From Nitrosopumilaceae archaeon (GTDB lineage Archaea; Thermoproteota; Nitrososphaeria; Nitrososphaerales; Nitrosopumilaceae): a stretch of 64,000 bases of DNA. Position numbers and translations under genes: made by a program. The notes beneath the pieces were generated by a model that saw only the letters and a program-made list of their open reading frames with translations, searched no databases and was not told the DNA's origin. Where the stretch lies: NCBI GenBank assembly GCA_965208905.1, contig OZ242365.1:992001-1056000 (forward strand). Reading direction: 5' to 3'. This document shows positions 10,252 to 20,850 of this stretch, piece by piece (the first letter of the stretch is position 1; every line of letters begins with the position of its first letter).

Positions 10252-11658
10252 CATACGCGTACATTCCCAGGTGCTTCATGACGCTTGATGTTTTGGGTCG
10301 ATTGCACGCTTGATTCTCACGCCGCCGTCTGGCGTCCGGAACTGCACAAACAGGTGGCTTCCGGGTCCGGCCCATTTCACGCCTTTCGAGGGCCATTCCT
10401 TCCCCCGCGGGAACCTTCATACCGGTCCCCCGTTGAATTATATTCACCGACGCATTGCCGTCGGCGTTTGCTACATGCCCACATCCTATACACTTGAACA
10501 TCTCCCCATTTCGGTTCTCCTTGTTTGTGTAGCCGCACACACTGCACTCCTGACTCGTGCGTTTTGGATTCACTTCTACTACACGGATGCCCAGCCGCTC
10601 TGCGATAATGCGTATCTTTCGCAGTATTGCATAATGCCGAATGAACCGCATACCGCGATTCATACCCTTCTTGTGCCTGCCACCGCGCCTGCTCATGGCC
10701 TCAAGGTTGAGCTGCTCGACATATATTACATCCACGCCCTCGCATATCTTCTTGGCTAGAAGCCACTCCGCATACTCGCGGTCGTTCGCATTACCCTGAT
10801 TGTACTTTTCTCGTTTATGTTTAATTTTACACGTCGAGTTGGAGTGTTTGTTGCGGTGTGAGATGGTACGGCGCGTCTCATCATTCCATGTACGGTTCGT
10901 GCGGAATGCGGTTGCCGTGTCGTACGATATTATACACGAAGTGTTGTGGTCGAATTTGCACACGACGGTCGGATTTGTTATCCCTCTGTCTATGCCGGCA
11001 ACAACACCGGTCTTGGCGCGCCGTTCGGGTGTAGGTACGTCATATGTTATGTGCAACCGGTAGATATGGTCACACGACTTGACGTGCCCCCACGACTTTG
11101 GTGTTACACATACCAAACGGAAAGACCTTGAGCCATACAGCCAGTTGTGTGGGAATTGGTATGGCTGCTCCGCAGGCAACTCAACAACACCAAGGCCCGG
11201 CAATGACGCATGCTTGTTGTCCACATATACAGGCCGCACATCACATGATACTGCCTGTGTATTGTCAAGCTTTTTGGAGCGAAAACTCAGCTCGCCATTG
11301 CCGTACTTGTTCGAGACATCCGCAGCAGTGCGGGCTTGGTTGATGGCCGTATTTTGATATATACGCTCTACTGTTTGCAGCCACTGCACGGAACGCCTCA
11401 CCTTGGTGAACTCCTTGGAGAGGTCATATGTGGTGAGTGTGGGGTCGGCCAACAACCTCTCTACGGCCCAGTTGTACACGAACCGCTGCGAGTTCCGTAT
11501 TTTGGATATGTGACGCGTCTGAGAGCGTGTCAGGTCTATGCGGAAGCCATGTGATCTATACATACCGCTCTATACACTATAGTACTTTAAAAACCTAACT
11601 CATGAGATGGGTTTACAAGTTTGACTGTTTTTAGGTTACAGTTATAGGGATAAGTCCC
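10221..11658 (-). mobile_element. IS1595-like TIR element carrying only tnpB (element E1)
   Basis: Ends GGGAATTATC / GGGACTTATC (9/10; 14/20 extended); exact 8-bp TSD TACGCTGA (10213-10220 / 11659-11666). Confidence 0.88.
10235..11563 (-). CDS. tnpB: TnpB/Cas12f-like RNA-guided nuclease
   Basis: QRFVYNWA, RuvC-I GIDRG, RuvC-II YVEQL, TSQECSVC..CIGC Zn finger and RuvC-III NADGNAS. Confidence 0.9.
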   Translation of the reverse strand: MYRSHGFRIDLTRSQTRHISKIRNSQRFVYNWAVERLLADPTLTTYDLSKEFTKVRRSVQWLQTVERIYQNTAINQARTAADVSNKYGNGELSFRSKKLDNTQAVSCDVRPVYVDNKHASLPGLGVVELPAEQPYQFPHNWLYGSRSFRLVCVTPKSWGHVKSCDHIYRLHITYDVPTPERRAKTGVVAGIDRGITNPTVVCKFDHNTSCIISYDTATAFRTNRTWNDETRRTISHRNKHSNSTCKIKHKREKYNQGNANDREYAEWLLAKKICEGVDVIYVEQLNLEAMSRRGGRHKKGMNRGMRFIRHYAILRKIRIIAERLGIRVVEVNPKRTSQECSVCGYTNKENRNGEMFKCIGCGHVANADGNASVNIIQRGTGMKVPAGEGMALERREMGRTRKPPVCAVPDARRRRENQACNRPKTSSVMKHLGMYAYVTYVQ

Positions 11659-11680
11659 TACGCTGATATCGATAAACATA

Positions 11681-12340
11681 TTAGCCTATAAAGGCGCGAG
11701 TCAGCATCATTATCTCTGGACCGGTGGTCTGCCCGCCCACAACAACTGCCTTGTTGTTTGCTAGTATGCCCGAGGATACATAGGGCACGCCATTATTTAT
11801 GGTGGATGGCTCTACTCTGGTATGTAGTATCTCAGATATACGTTGTATCTCATGTTCATCGGCCAATGGATGTACCACAGTACCGGTATCATTGGTCTTT
11901 GTGAGTGACCCACACTGCTCCATGCCAGCTACTTTCATACGTATAACCTCTACATCCAAAGCATCCTGTATCATTTTGCAGTCTGCATTGCTCAACAATG
12001 GCGAGACTATGGCCCCTCGACTGTTTGCGCATATGAGATTTCCTAAAGCTGTATACTGCGCGTCTATTACATGTACATCTGCCACACCTGATAGCGCCTC
12101 ATACTCTGACACTAAAGCCGTCTTTGGCAATAGTATTGTGGACTTTACATGCACTGACATTGCCCCAGATAATCTAGTGCCGCATACGGATACTGCGTGC
12201 CATGGCACATGTAGTGCATCGGCTAGATTTTGCGCCTTTAATGGTGTAAATCCACTGGGTACTAACAGGTAACTGTCACATACTGACGCATACAGACCAA
12301 TATTGGGCCCACCATATACATTGCCATGTGTTATATCCAT
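11681..12340 (-). CDS. eif6: Translation initiation factor 6 (aIF6)
   Basis: PNIGLY, ALGNLICANSRGA, TINNGVPYVSSG and TTGPE. Confidence 0.9.
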   Translation of the reverse strand: MDITHGNVYGGPNIGLYASVCDSYLLVPSGFTPLKAQNLADALHVPWHAVSVCGTRLSGAMSVHVKSTILLPKTALVSEYEALSGVADVHVIDAQYTALGNLICANSRGAIVSPLLSNADCKMIQDALDVEVIRMKVAGMEQCGSLTKTNDTGTVVHPLADEHEIQRISEILHTRVEPSTINNGVPYVSSGILANNKAVVVGGQTTGPEIMMLTRAFIG

Positions 12341-12415
12341 TATACACCAAGATAGTGTTTGACATTAATTCGTTTTTATTACAATTTAGCCCCAACTAAT
12401 TTTACTTAGATTTAA

Positions 12416-12970
<555 letters not shown>

Positions 12971-13031
12971 ATACATTTTATTTTCCCTTTTTGTCCTAAC
13001 AATTTTATCTTGTACATCATTGTATTATACT

Positions 13032-13118
13032 GCAGAGGTCGCCTAGCCCGGTAGGGCGCGGGCCTTGAGAGCCTGTGTCAGCAATGACGCGGGGGTTCGA
13101 ATCCCCCTCTCTGCGCCA
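13032..13118 (+). tRNA. tRNA-Ser (anticodon TGA)
   Basis: Acceptor GCAGAGG/TCTCTGC, anticodon arm CGGGC-CTTGAGA-GCCTG, long variable arm, GTTCGAATC T-loop and encoded CCA. Confidence 0.93.
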
Positions 13119-13419
13119 CTATTATAATAATATGCAGATTTAGTAAACTATACAAGATATACTGTGACTAGGCATGAAAGACTCAATAGTTTGTGAAGGC
13201 CAGTCACATAGTCAGCAGTCTTTGGTAACTATATCATACCGTATATGGAGGCATCGCAACAGTGTGGAATGTCTACACATTTGATAGTTCCCTTGAACCT
13301 GTATATGATCCTCACAAATAGGCAATCGTCATAACATTTAACAAATAATACGCCGTAATAGCTTACGTACTGTTTACAATGCATAACATATATATACAAT
13401 CCCCAAGTTTAATTCTCCA

Positions 13420-14820
13420 ATGATTAAAGTTATATACGGAATAACTATAATAGCGGCGACTTTGTTAGTAGGCGGAATACCAAATTTGGCCACTGCCCAG
13501 GAACAGATACAGGTACAAGCATCCTTCTTTCCATATGCTGAATTTACTAGGAATGTAGTTGGTGATACTGCAACTGTATCACAGTTTCTACCAGTAGGTG
13601 CGGGACCACACGATTGGGAACCAAGCATACGTCAGGTACAGACACTGAGTAGTGCCGATATCATAGTGTATAACGGTCTAGGTGTAGATATGTTTATGGA
13701 TAGGCTGATCGAATCAGGAGATTTGGGTGACACACATATTATAAAAGCTACTGAGGGTTTGACTCTTCTTACCACAGGCGTCTCTGATGCAATAGCTTTC
13801 ATACTAGAGGAGCATGAACATGGTCACTATGACGATGATGAGGCAATAGATGCAATGCATGATGTTATAGATGATTATAATATTCGTGGCATATTACAGG
13901 AGTACCGTGCAGGAGATCTGTCCACGACAGAGGCACTAGGTGAAATTACTACTATATTGCGTGGCGCAGAACACGGTCATGACCATGACCATGACGACCA
14001 CGATGACCACATGACGACCACCGACGATCATGACGACCACCACGATGAACACGATGAACACGATGAACACGATGAACACGATGAACACGATGAACACGAT
14101 GAACACGATGAACACCACGACGAACACGGCGATGACGCTGAGATTGTCCACGAAGTTCATGAAATACTAGAAGAGGCTGAAGAGGGACACCTCACCAACG
14201 CTGAGGCACTTGAGGAGATAGAGCATCTCTTAGATGACCACGCCCACGACGACCATGATGACCACGGTGATGAGCATGCTCATGATCATGGAATATACGA
14301 CCCACATGTCTGGCTAGACCCAGTATTGGCTCAACACCAAGTGGAGACCATACGAGACGGTCTTGTCGATGCAGATCCAGATAACGCTGCTGCCTACATG
14401 GCAAATGCAGAATCTTATCTACATGAACTTGAAGACCTACATGATCAGTATGTTTCCACACTGGCAGATTGCAGGCATGACACCATTGTGACATTCCACT
14501 CGGCATTTGCCTATTTGGTGGAGCGATACGATCTGAAGGTCGAGTCTCTGACTGGACTTGATGGTGCTGACGCTATAAGTACTGCTGATCTAATCGAGCT
14601 TGCTGACTTCATTAATGATAACAACATCGATTACATTCTTACTGAGTTTGGTGTAGACCAACGTAACTTTGAGGTAATAGCCGAAGAGACCAATACTACA
14701 GTACTGACACTTAGCCCAGTAGAGGGTATTTCACAAGAAGACGTTGATTCAGGCGCTACCTACATCAGTAAAATGATGGAAAACCTCGGTGTGCTAAAGA
14801 CAGCACTAGACTGCAACTAG
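13420..14820 (+). CDS. ZnuA-like metal ABC substrate-binding protein with very long His/Asp/Glu-rich insertion
   Basis: GPHDWEPS, DPHVWLDP and TFHSAFAY; ~170-aa His-rich loop. Confidence 0.88.
   Translation: MIKVIYGITIIAATLLVGGIPNLATAQEQIQVQASFFPYAEFTRNVVGDTATVSQFLPVGAGPHDWEPSIRQVQTLSSADIIVYNGLGVDMFMDRLIESGDLGDTHIIKATEGLTLLTTGVSDAIAFILEEHEHGHYDDDEAIDAMHDVIDDYNIRGILQEYRAGDLSTTEALGEITTILRGAEHGHDHDHDDHDDHMTTTDDHDDHHDEHDEHDEHDEHDEHDEHDEHDEHHDEHGDDAEIVHEVHEILEEAEEGHLTNAEALEEIEHLLDDHAHDDHDDHGDEHAHDHGIYDPHVWLDPVLAQHQVETIRDGLVDADPDNAAAYMANAESYLHELEDLHDQYVSTLADCRHDTIVTFHSAFAYLVERYDLKVESLTGLDGADAISTADLIELADFINDNNIDYILTEFGVDQRNFEVIAEETNTTVLTLSPVEGISQEDVDSGATYISKMMENLGVLKTALDCN
14041..14112 (+). repeat. 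Coding tandem repeat (CACGATGAA)x8 = (HDE)8
   Basis: Eight perfect 9-bp units counted directly. Confidence 0.95.
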
Positions 14821-14866
14821 ATACAATACTAAGTGATTTTTTATTTTTATTTGCCTCTTATACAGA

Positions 14867-15052
14867 TGCGTGTACCCCAAAATCATGCCGCGCCCTATTC
14901 ATTGATATCGACCTCCATCCAGTCTGGATTCAACTCCCTTGTGTTTTCAGTTGCCTGTTTGTGATAAAATCCATCAATGACATTTAGTAGATGTCAATGT
15001 CCAATAAGAAGTGTATCCTCCTTTCATTGTAGAACTCAACATAGTCATCAAG
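14867..15052 (-). pseudogene. IS481-family 3' remnant with terminal repeat
   Basis: Minus strand reads DDYVEFYNERRIHFLLDID...PDWMEVDINE*, matching the C-termini of the other IS481 transposases here; the end resembles the TIR at 50830-50855. Confidence 0.7.
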
Positions 15053-15053
15053 T

Positions 15054-15227
15054 ATGACCAAATGGACCGCAGGCGCAACCGAGTTTAAGGCATCGATCAT
15101 ACACAACGTACGTCGCGGTACCAGTTATTCGTATATTCCAAAGCCCATGCTTGACAAGCTTGGCAACTCTGCAGGGTTGCGGTTCATCATACGAAGCAAC
15201 GAGATCCTATTCATCATGCTGGTTTAG
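15054..15227 (+). CDS. Small AbrB-like protein (57 aa, below ORF-track cutoff)
   Basis: MTKWTAGATEFKASIIHNVRRGTSYSYIPKPMLDKLGNSAGLRFII; the IPKP..LG pattern resembles AbrB/SpoVT-like small proteins. Confidence 0.5.
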   Translation: MTKWTAGATEFKASIIHNVRRGTSYSYIPKPMLDKLGNSAGLRFIIRSNEILFIMLV

Positions 15228-15313
15228 TTCCGAATAGTCTGGATATATGTACAATCGCCATCAACTGTATCTTCTAGAGCATCAAATTTATCAAGCATAT
15301 TTTCATATTACAT

Positions 15314-15631
15314 ATGGTGGCAGACAAGTGGACTATAATGATAGTATCTGCAGGTATTATAGTTGGTATATCGGTATTAATAATCATGTTTAATCAGGCA
15401 CCAACACTACAAATTTCGCCATCCCAACAGGGTGGCTTTCCATACTGTCTGCGCACATTACAGTGCGCCAACGTTCCAGAGTTTGATCAGATACCATACG
15501 AACAATTACTCATCATATCCAAAAACTATAACCAGTGCTTTGAGGACTTTAAAATCGAACAGACCTGCATCGTGCAGGTATCTCAGGATATAGAGAGGTT
15601 CCACGAGATGGGTTTTGTAACACTACGCTAA
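15314..15631 (+). CDS. Hypothetical membrane-anchored protein
   Basis: 105-aa ORF with N-terminal TM helix and four Cys. Confidence 0.55.
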   Translation: MVADKWTIMIVSAGIIVGISVLIIMFNQAPTLQISPSQQGGFPYCLRTLQCANVPEFDQIPYEQLLIISKNYNQCFEDFKIEQTCIVQVSQDIERFHEMGFVTLR

Positions 15632-16266
15632 AAATCTGGTCTGTAATACCTTTTAGACTCACTCAGAAATAGTTTAATCTCATTCTCATACCAGACATCA
15701 TTCTTGTACTCAAATCCGCCACTATACGCATCATGTATGCCTTGTATATCTTCACTACCTACTCCAGCACGCTCCAACCCTATGCGGTTTATCTTGGTAA
15801 ATGCGCCCCTGTTGATGAGCGCAAAGGGCGGCACGTCTTTGACAATAGGACATCCCATGCCAATCATTGCATAACTGCCAATTCTGCAGTATGGGTGTAT
15901 ATCTGCTCCCTGTCCTATGTTTGCATGTCTATGTATGCATACATGCCCGCCCAATGTCACCCGAGTCGATATTATCACATTATCTTGTACTATACAATCA
16001 TGTTCAATATTACTATGCGCCATGATATAGCACCATGACCCAATTTTAGTCAATTCTCCAGTGGGTCCATGTATAGTGATATACTCACGCATTATGTTGT
16101 TGTCACCTATTATGATGCGGCCATTGGACTTGTCATATGCGGCATGCTGCGGACCTGTACCTATCGTACAATACGGACCTATCTTGTTGTTACTACCTAT
16201 GGTGGTATCTCCGCGTATAATTACAGTCTCATCAATCTCTGTCTTTTTGCCTATCTGTATGCTCAT
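15628..16266 (-). CDS. LpxA-like left-handed beta-helix acyltransferase
   Basis: Hexapeptide repeats with PQH, REYITIHG, MAHSNIEHDC, KDVPPF and INRIGLERAG; start placed at MSIQIG. Confidence 0.8.
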   Translation of the reverse strand: MSIQIGKKTEIDETVIIRGDTTIGSNNKIGPYCTIGTGPQHAAYDKSNGRIIIGDNNIMREYITIHGPTGELTKIGSWCYIMAHSNIEHDCIVQDNVIISTRVTLGGHVCIHRHANIGQGADIHPYCRIGSYAMIGMGCPIVKDVPPFALINRGAFTKINRIGLERAGVGSEDIQGIHDAYSGGFEYKNDVWYENEIKLFLSESKRYYRPDF

Positions 16267-16318
16267 GTGTCTAGTGTATATGGAATTGTTTATATATAGT
16301 ATGTTCCAATTATTACCA

Positions 16319-16759
16319 ATGAGTGGTACAAATAACCCATATGATCCGATGGATATGTACAAGAAGTGGCTTGAGCAGAACCGTCAGCTACAAGACAACT
16401 TCCAGCAAGGATTCGATCGTGTCACACAGCAGATGAGTGATATACAAAAGATGTCCGAGGCCTGGAGCCGTATAGGCGAGCAGATGGACACCATGACAAA
16501 GCAGGCAACATACCCCAGTAATGCTATATCATCCCAATTTGTCGATATGATGAAATCATACACAATGCCTTGGCAGCAACATGGCTTTTCATCGATTCCA
16601 AGTATGTTGACAGGCTGGGCGGCGTTCAAGACCAGCATTGGCAGCAATGGACGCATATCCATCCCCGAAGCAGAACGTAGCGCACTAGGACTTAAAGAAG
16701 GTGATCTGGTGCAGGTTATCGTACTTCCCGTATCAAAGAAAAAGGAGGTGAAAGAATGA
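16319..16759 (+). CDS. AbrB-domain PHA regulator (PhaR-like)
   Basis: C-terminal SIGSNGRISIPEAERSALGLKEGDLVQV AbrB motif; adjacent to phasin-like gene and phaC/E. Confidence 0.7.
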   Translation: MSGTNNPYDPMDMYKKWLEQNRQLQDNFQQGFDRVTQQMSDIQKMSEAWSRIGEQMDTMTKQATYPSNAISSQFVDMMKSYTMPWQQHGFSSIPSMLTGWAAFKTSIGSNGRISIPEAERSALGLKEGDLVQVIVLPVSKKKEVKE

Positions 16760-17178
16760 AGAATGATCAATCACAGGATAAAACAAAGGATGTATTTGCT
16801 GCATATCAGGATATGGTAGATAAGGTGTTCAACAACATCAACCAGACAGTACCAAAGTATCACCAATCCATAACTGATGCTCAACAGGAGGTATTCAAGA
16901 CACTAGAAGGAAACATCACATCAGCAATCAAATTGCAGAAGGAGGTGTCTACCAAAAATGGACTACCCGCAACAGTCCCGGATACTAACTTGCGCTTTAT
17001 GAAGGACTCTGTAGAGTCTTATATCAAACTGGCCAACATTGGCAACCAGATGGTGCTAGCTACAATAGCTACTGCACAGCAGGGTGTCAAGACCGGCAAC
17101 GAAAACGCTAAAGCCATAAACGACTTGAGTCAAAACGTAGCACGTTCTTGGATGACAGCATTTGCCATCCCAAACTAG
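16756..17178 (+). CDS. Putative phasin (PhaP-like)
   Basis: 140-aa amphipathic helical protein inside the PHA cluster; assignment by context. Confidence 0.55.
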   Translation: MKNDQSQDKTKDVFAAYQDMVDKVFNNINQTVPKYHQSITDAQQEVFKTLEGNITSAIKLQKEVSTKNGLPATVPDTNLRFMKDSVESYIKLANIGNQMVLATIATAQQGVKTGNENAKAINDLSQNVARSWMTAFAIPN

Positions 17179-18242
17179 TCTGATTTTTTAGACAACCAAC
17201 TGCCCAATTCGGGCAATACCATTTTTTGCGACAGACTACTGGCAATCATGCCCACATGGCCTGTTGGGTATAATCGCAATGTCTTCTCTTTACTGGATAC
17301 GGCATAGTGTAATGGCATACTGCACTCTGGTGAGACGAGGTGGTCTCCCACAGCGACCTGTGTGAATATGGGCATTCTTATCTTGCGCAGGTTGACTTTT
17401 TGATCTGCGACAACCATCTTGTTTTGAATCAACAAGTTCTCTTGGTATATGTTTTTAATCCACTCTCTGAACAGTTCGCCAGGTATGGGTGGTGTGTCAC
17501 TGAGCCACTTCTCAACCCGTAGAAAGTTGTCGACAAATCTCTCATTGTCTATATTTTTAAAAAAGTTGATGTACTTTTCGATTCCCTGCTCGAATGGCTT
17601 TAGAACTGAAAAACAGTAATACATAAACTCTGGGGGCATATTGCCAACCGTGTCTACCAGCTTGTCCACCTCCACATGCTTTGAGAGATTACTGATTACA
17701 GTGGTGTCCTTCCAGCCATCAATGACCGGCGCCGTTGCAATATAGTTTCTCACCTTTTTGGGGTGCAGTGCGGAGTATACTGTGGATATAGTTCCTCCAG
17801 TACAATACCCCTGAAGCGTTACACTATCTGTTGATGTTATATCAAGTACATGCTCTACACATGAATCCAAATATACATTGACATAGTCATCAAAGTTCAG
17901 ATACTTGTCTATGTCTGTGGGCGTGCCCCAGTCTACCATGTATACATCGTATCCCTGTTCCATTAGGTTTCGCACCCAGCTCTTTGTGGGATGTATGTCT
18001 AGTATGTAGTATCGATTTATTAAGGCATATGCGATTAGTATGGGAGTTTTGTGTGTAACTTTTTGATCACTTTTATAATGCAGTAGTCGCACCTTGTCTA
18101 TACTGTGTATTGTGTCATGCGGCGTTATCTCCAAGTCTATCTCGTCGGGAGCTTTGACTAGATTGGGCGCCCGGGCCATGTTGGAGCTGAACTTTAACAA
18201 TTCTTCGATAACTTTGGAGTCTACCTCCAATGCATCCTTCAT
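17175..18242 (-). CDS. phaC: Class III PHA synthase subunit PhaC
   Basis: YALINRYYILD, DWG, GYCTGG lipase box, DHLV and GHVG. Confidence 0.92.
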   Translation of the reverse strand: MKDALEVDSKVIEELLKFSSNMARAPNLVKAPDEIDLEITPHDTIHSIDKVRLLHYKSDQKVTHKTPILIAYALINRYYILDIHPTKSWVRNLMEQGYDVYMVDWGTPTDIDKYLNFDDYVNVYLDSCVEHVLDITSTDSVTLQGYCTGGTISTVYSALHPKKVRNYIATAPVIDGWKDTTVISNLSKHVEVDKLVDTVGNMPPEFMYYCFSVLKPFEQGIEKYINFFKNIDNERFVDNFLRVEKWLSDTPPIPGELFREWIKNIYQENLLIQNKMVVADQKVNLRKIRMPIFTQVAVGDHLVSPECSMPLHYAVSSKEKTLRLYPTGHVGMIASSLSQKMVLPELGSWLSKKSD

Positions 18243-18799
18243 CTCTTTCTCCTCCTATTTGATGACTCTAGCTTGGCCACCCTACGGCGTAATTCGTGCA
18301 ACTCTTTGTATATCTCATCCAACTCTTGACGGTTGGGTAGATTGGCCGACTTTAATATAATTCCTGTAATGCTGTTCCAGTGATTTGCCAGTTCCAACTC
18401 TTGAGAGACCATCTTGCCGTAGTTGGCACCAAAAGACTTTGAGTCAAACAGTTCGGTAAAGTCATTGTCGAATATGTCAATCCATACCCGTTTATAGGCC
18501 TCAAAGTGTTCGGGATCCTGGGGCAGATCTGGTACCTTGAGATTTACCTTCTTTTGCGCCTCGGCCCATGTGTCTGATAACTGCTTGTAGTATTCAATCA
18601 GATATTGATTGAACCCTTCAATCTTTTGATTTATCTCGATTAACTCGGCTGCTATCTTTTTGTTGTTGGCCACCATGGTTCTCATGGGCCCCACCGATGA
18701 GAGCGCCTGTGGTTTGCTGGACATAAGGTATAGTAAATCCGTCCAAAATAATGAGAGGTGTTTGTAGTAGTCCTTTGTATCTCCTATCTCTGGTATCAT
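18239..18799 (-). CDS. phaE: PHA synthase subunit PhaE
   Basis: NLPNRQELDEIYKELHELRRRV PhaE box; upstream of and overlapping phaC. Confidence 0.85.
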   Translation of the reverse strand: MIPEIGDTKDYYKHLSLFWTDLLYLMSSKPQALSSVGPMRTMVANNKKIAAELIEINQKIEGFNQYLIEYYKQLSDTWAEAQKKVNLKVPDLPQDPEHFEAYKRVWIDIFDNDFTELFDSKSFGANYGKMVSQELELANHWNSITGIILKSANLPNRQELDEIYKELHELRRRVAKLESSNRRRKR

Positions 18800-18842
18800 G
18801 CTTGTATGTTACCCTCTACTAACTTTAAATTATTGTGCAAAA

Positions 18843-19778
18843 TCATGTAGATTTTGCATCATCATTGTTCTTTATCATCTCGCGAAGACCTGCGCACCTA
18901 TTTCGTATGGTGACCTCGGTTACGCCCGAAGCGTTGGATATCTCTTTTTGTGACTTTTGCTCGTCGGTCTCTATACATGCTAGATACAAGGCTGCAGCAG
19001 CTATTCCCATTGGATCTTTACCTGCTACTAGACCTATCTCTTTTGCCTGGTTTAGTATTACAACCGCCCGCCTCTTGGTCTTCTCTTTAAGACCCGCCTC
19101 ACTGGCTATTCTGGACACTCCCTTGACTGGGTCTACCACCGGCATCTGCAACTCCAACTCTCTATATATCAGTCTGTAGCAGCGCGCCACATCCTTTCGC
19201 CGAATGTTTATACTCTCTGATATGTCATCTAGTGTTCTTGGAGTCTCTGTATTTCTACATGATGCATAAAGGCATGCCGCCACCAAACCTTGTATGGACC
19301 TACCCCGGACCAACTTTTTTTCCATGGCCTTGCGATATATGTAGGCCGCCTTCTCTATTACCGCATCTGTAAGCCCCATCTTGCCTTTGAGCTTGTCCAT
19401 CTCGTTTAATGCCTGTCTTAGATTACGATCTGCTGATGATGCCGCCTGGGTTCTACTATCCCAGGTGCGTAACCTCTCTATGGAACTCTTCATGTTGGCA
19501 GAGAGTGGCTTTCCTGCCGAATCCTTGTTACTGGCATCTATTATGGTTGATAGCCCCATGTCGTGCATTGTGATGGACGTTCCCGCACCTGCCCGGGCTC
19601 GACTTCCCTGATCATTGGAGAACGAGCGCCATTCGGCACCCATATCTTCCACCTTGTCTGTCATCACCCTTCCGCAGTTACTACAAAAGAGTTCTCCGGT
19701 CGAGTCATCAGTAACTATCTTTCCCTTTACGCAGTACTTACAACGTGAATCAACTGTTGTATCACTCACATATGACAA
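18843..19778 (-). CDS. tfb: Transcription initiation factor IIB
   Basis: N-terminal Zn ribbon, EWRSF and two cyclin repeats ending VTEVTIRNR. Confidence 0.95.
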   Translation of the reverse strand: MSYVSDTTVDSRCKYCVKGKIVTDDSTGELFCSNCGRVMTDKVEDMGAEWRSFSNDQGSRARAGAGTSITMHDMGLSTIIDASNKDSAGKPLSANMKSSIERLRTWDSRTQAASSADRNLRQALNEMDKLKGKMGLTDAVIEKAAYIYRKAMEKKLVRGRSIQGLVAACLYASCRNTETPRTLDDISESINIRRKDVARCYRLIYRELELQMPVVDPVKGVSRIASEAGLKEKTKRRAVVILNQAKEIGLVAGKDPMGIAAAALYLACIETDEQKSQKEISNASGVTEVTIRNRCAGLREMIKNNDDAKST

Positions 19779-19855
19779 AATACAAAGCCCGTTTTTATAG
19801 TTTTATATATTAAAAAGGTGAAAAGTTTAAGCATTATTGCGTCTATACAATATTA

Positions 19856-20125
19856 ATGTCTAATATAGCAGAACAGCGACAGCGGTTACAGAATCTACTT
19901 GTAAAGTTGAATAATTTGGGCCCGATCCCAGACGATATAGACCAGTTTACAATAAACGCCAATAATATACGAAAGAATGACTATCTTGTACAATATAACC
20001 AGATACAATCTGAAATTATAGACACGTATGGGTTGTATGTTGAGTTTTTAGAGGATAATACCACCTCACTGCTTAAACTTCACGGAAAGATGCTTGATAT
20101 AATCAAAGTTCAGACGGCCAGATAA
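19856..20125 (+). CDS. Hypothetical coiled-coil protein
   Basis: 89-aa ORF divergent from tfb. Confidence 0.55.
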   Translation: MSNIAEQRQRLQNLLVKLNNLGPIPDDIDQFTINANNIRKNDYLVQYNQIQSEIIDTYGLYVEFLEDNTTSLLKLHGKMLDIIKVQTAR

Positions 20126-20127
20126 TG

Positions 20128-20850
20128 TCATGATATGATGACCCGTTTTATATTATCCTCCATCTGAACGAGGAGGGCGCCATCTTTATCTATGTCTATA
20201 GCTAAGCCTTGAATATCTCCATAGTGTACCATGTTGCCTATGGTGGAGCACTCTTCTTTGTATGTCCTTTGTATGTCTCTATACTGATTCATATGGTGTC
20301 GGTTCAGCTCCTTGAGAAATTCCAACAGTATCTCATATGCGGATGCATCTGTTGTATGATTTGACACTGTATCTATACCTGGCATATCTTTTGTTTCTAT
20401 ACTTACATTTACTCCGACACCTATGACTGCCCATTGTATGACATCTGATATGGCAGTATCGATAACTATTCCTGCCACCTTGCCGTCAATCATTATGTCG
20501 TTGGGCCACTTTATGCTTACGGCAGATGTATACCTGCAGAGCACACTGTACAGTGATACGGCCGATGTCATCATTAGTGTTCCAGCTTTGTGTGCTGGTA
20601 TACCTGGGCGTATCAACACTGAAAAAGTCAGCGAGCCTGGTGGTGATAGCCAGACTCGACCGTGGCGACCCCTCCCGGACAGCTGACTGCGTGTCAACCA
20701 TATGGTTCCATCTGATGCTGAATCTGCTATCTTTATTAGTGCATCTTGAGTGGATTGTATGGTATCACTGAATATGATATTACTGCCAAATATGTTAGAG
20801 TCCTTCTGTAATGCAACTCGTAAATAATCTATCTGCTCTTGTTTGATCAA
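20128..20850 (-). CDS. birA: Biotin--protein ligase
   Basis: QLSGRGRHGRVW, IKWPND and GKVAG. Confidence 0.92.
   Translation of the reverse strand: MIKQEQIDYLRVALQKDSNIFGSNIIFSDTIQSTQDALIKIADSASDGTIWLTRSQLSGRGRHGRVWLSPPGSLTFSVLIRPGIPAHKAGTLMMTSAVSLYSVLCRYTSAVSIKWPNDIMIDGKVAGIVIDTAISDVIQWAVIGVGVNVSIETKDMPGIDTVSNHTTDASAYEILLEFLKELNRHHMNQYRDIQRTYKEECSTIGNMVHYGDIQGLAIDIDKDGALLVQMEDNIKRVIIS

Noticed and set aside
11643-11660. Hairpin TAGGGATAAGTCCCTA as an IS200/IS605 subterminal hairpin
   Set aside because: It straddles the TIR/TSD junction and is better explained by the TIR plus the exact 8-bp duplication.
14041-14112. Tandem repeat as CRISPR
   Set aside because: 9-bp in-frame coding repeat without spacers.
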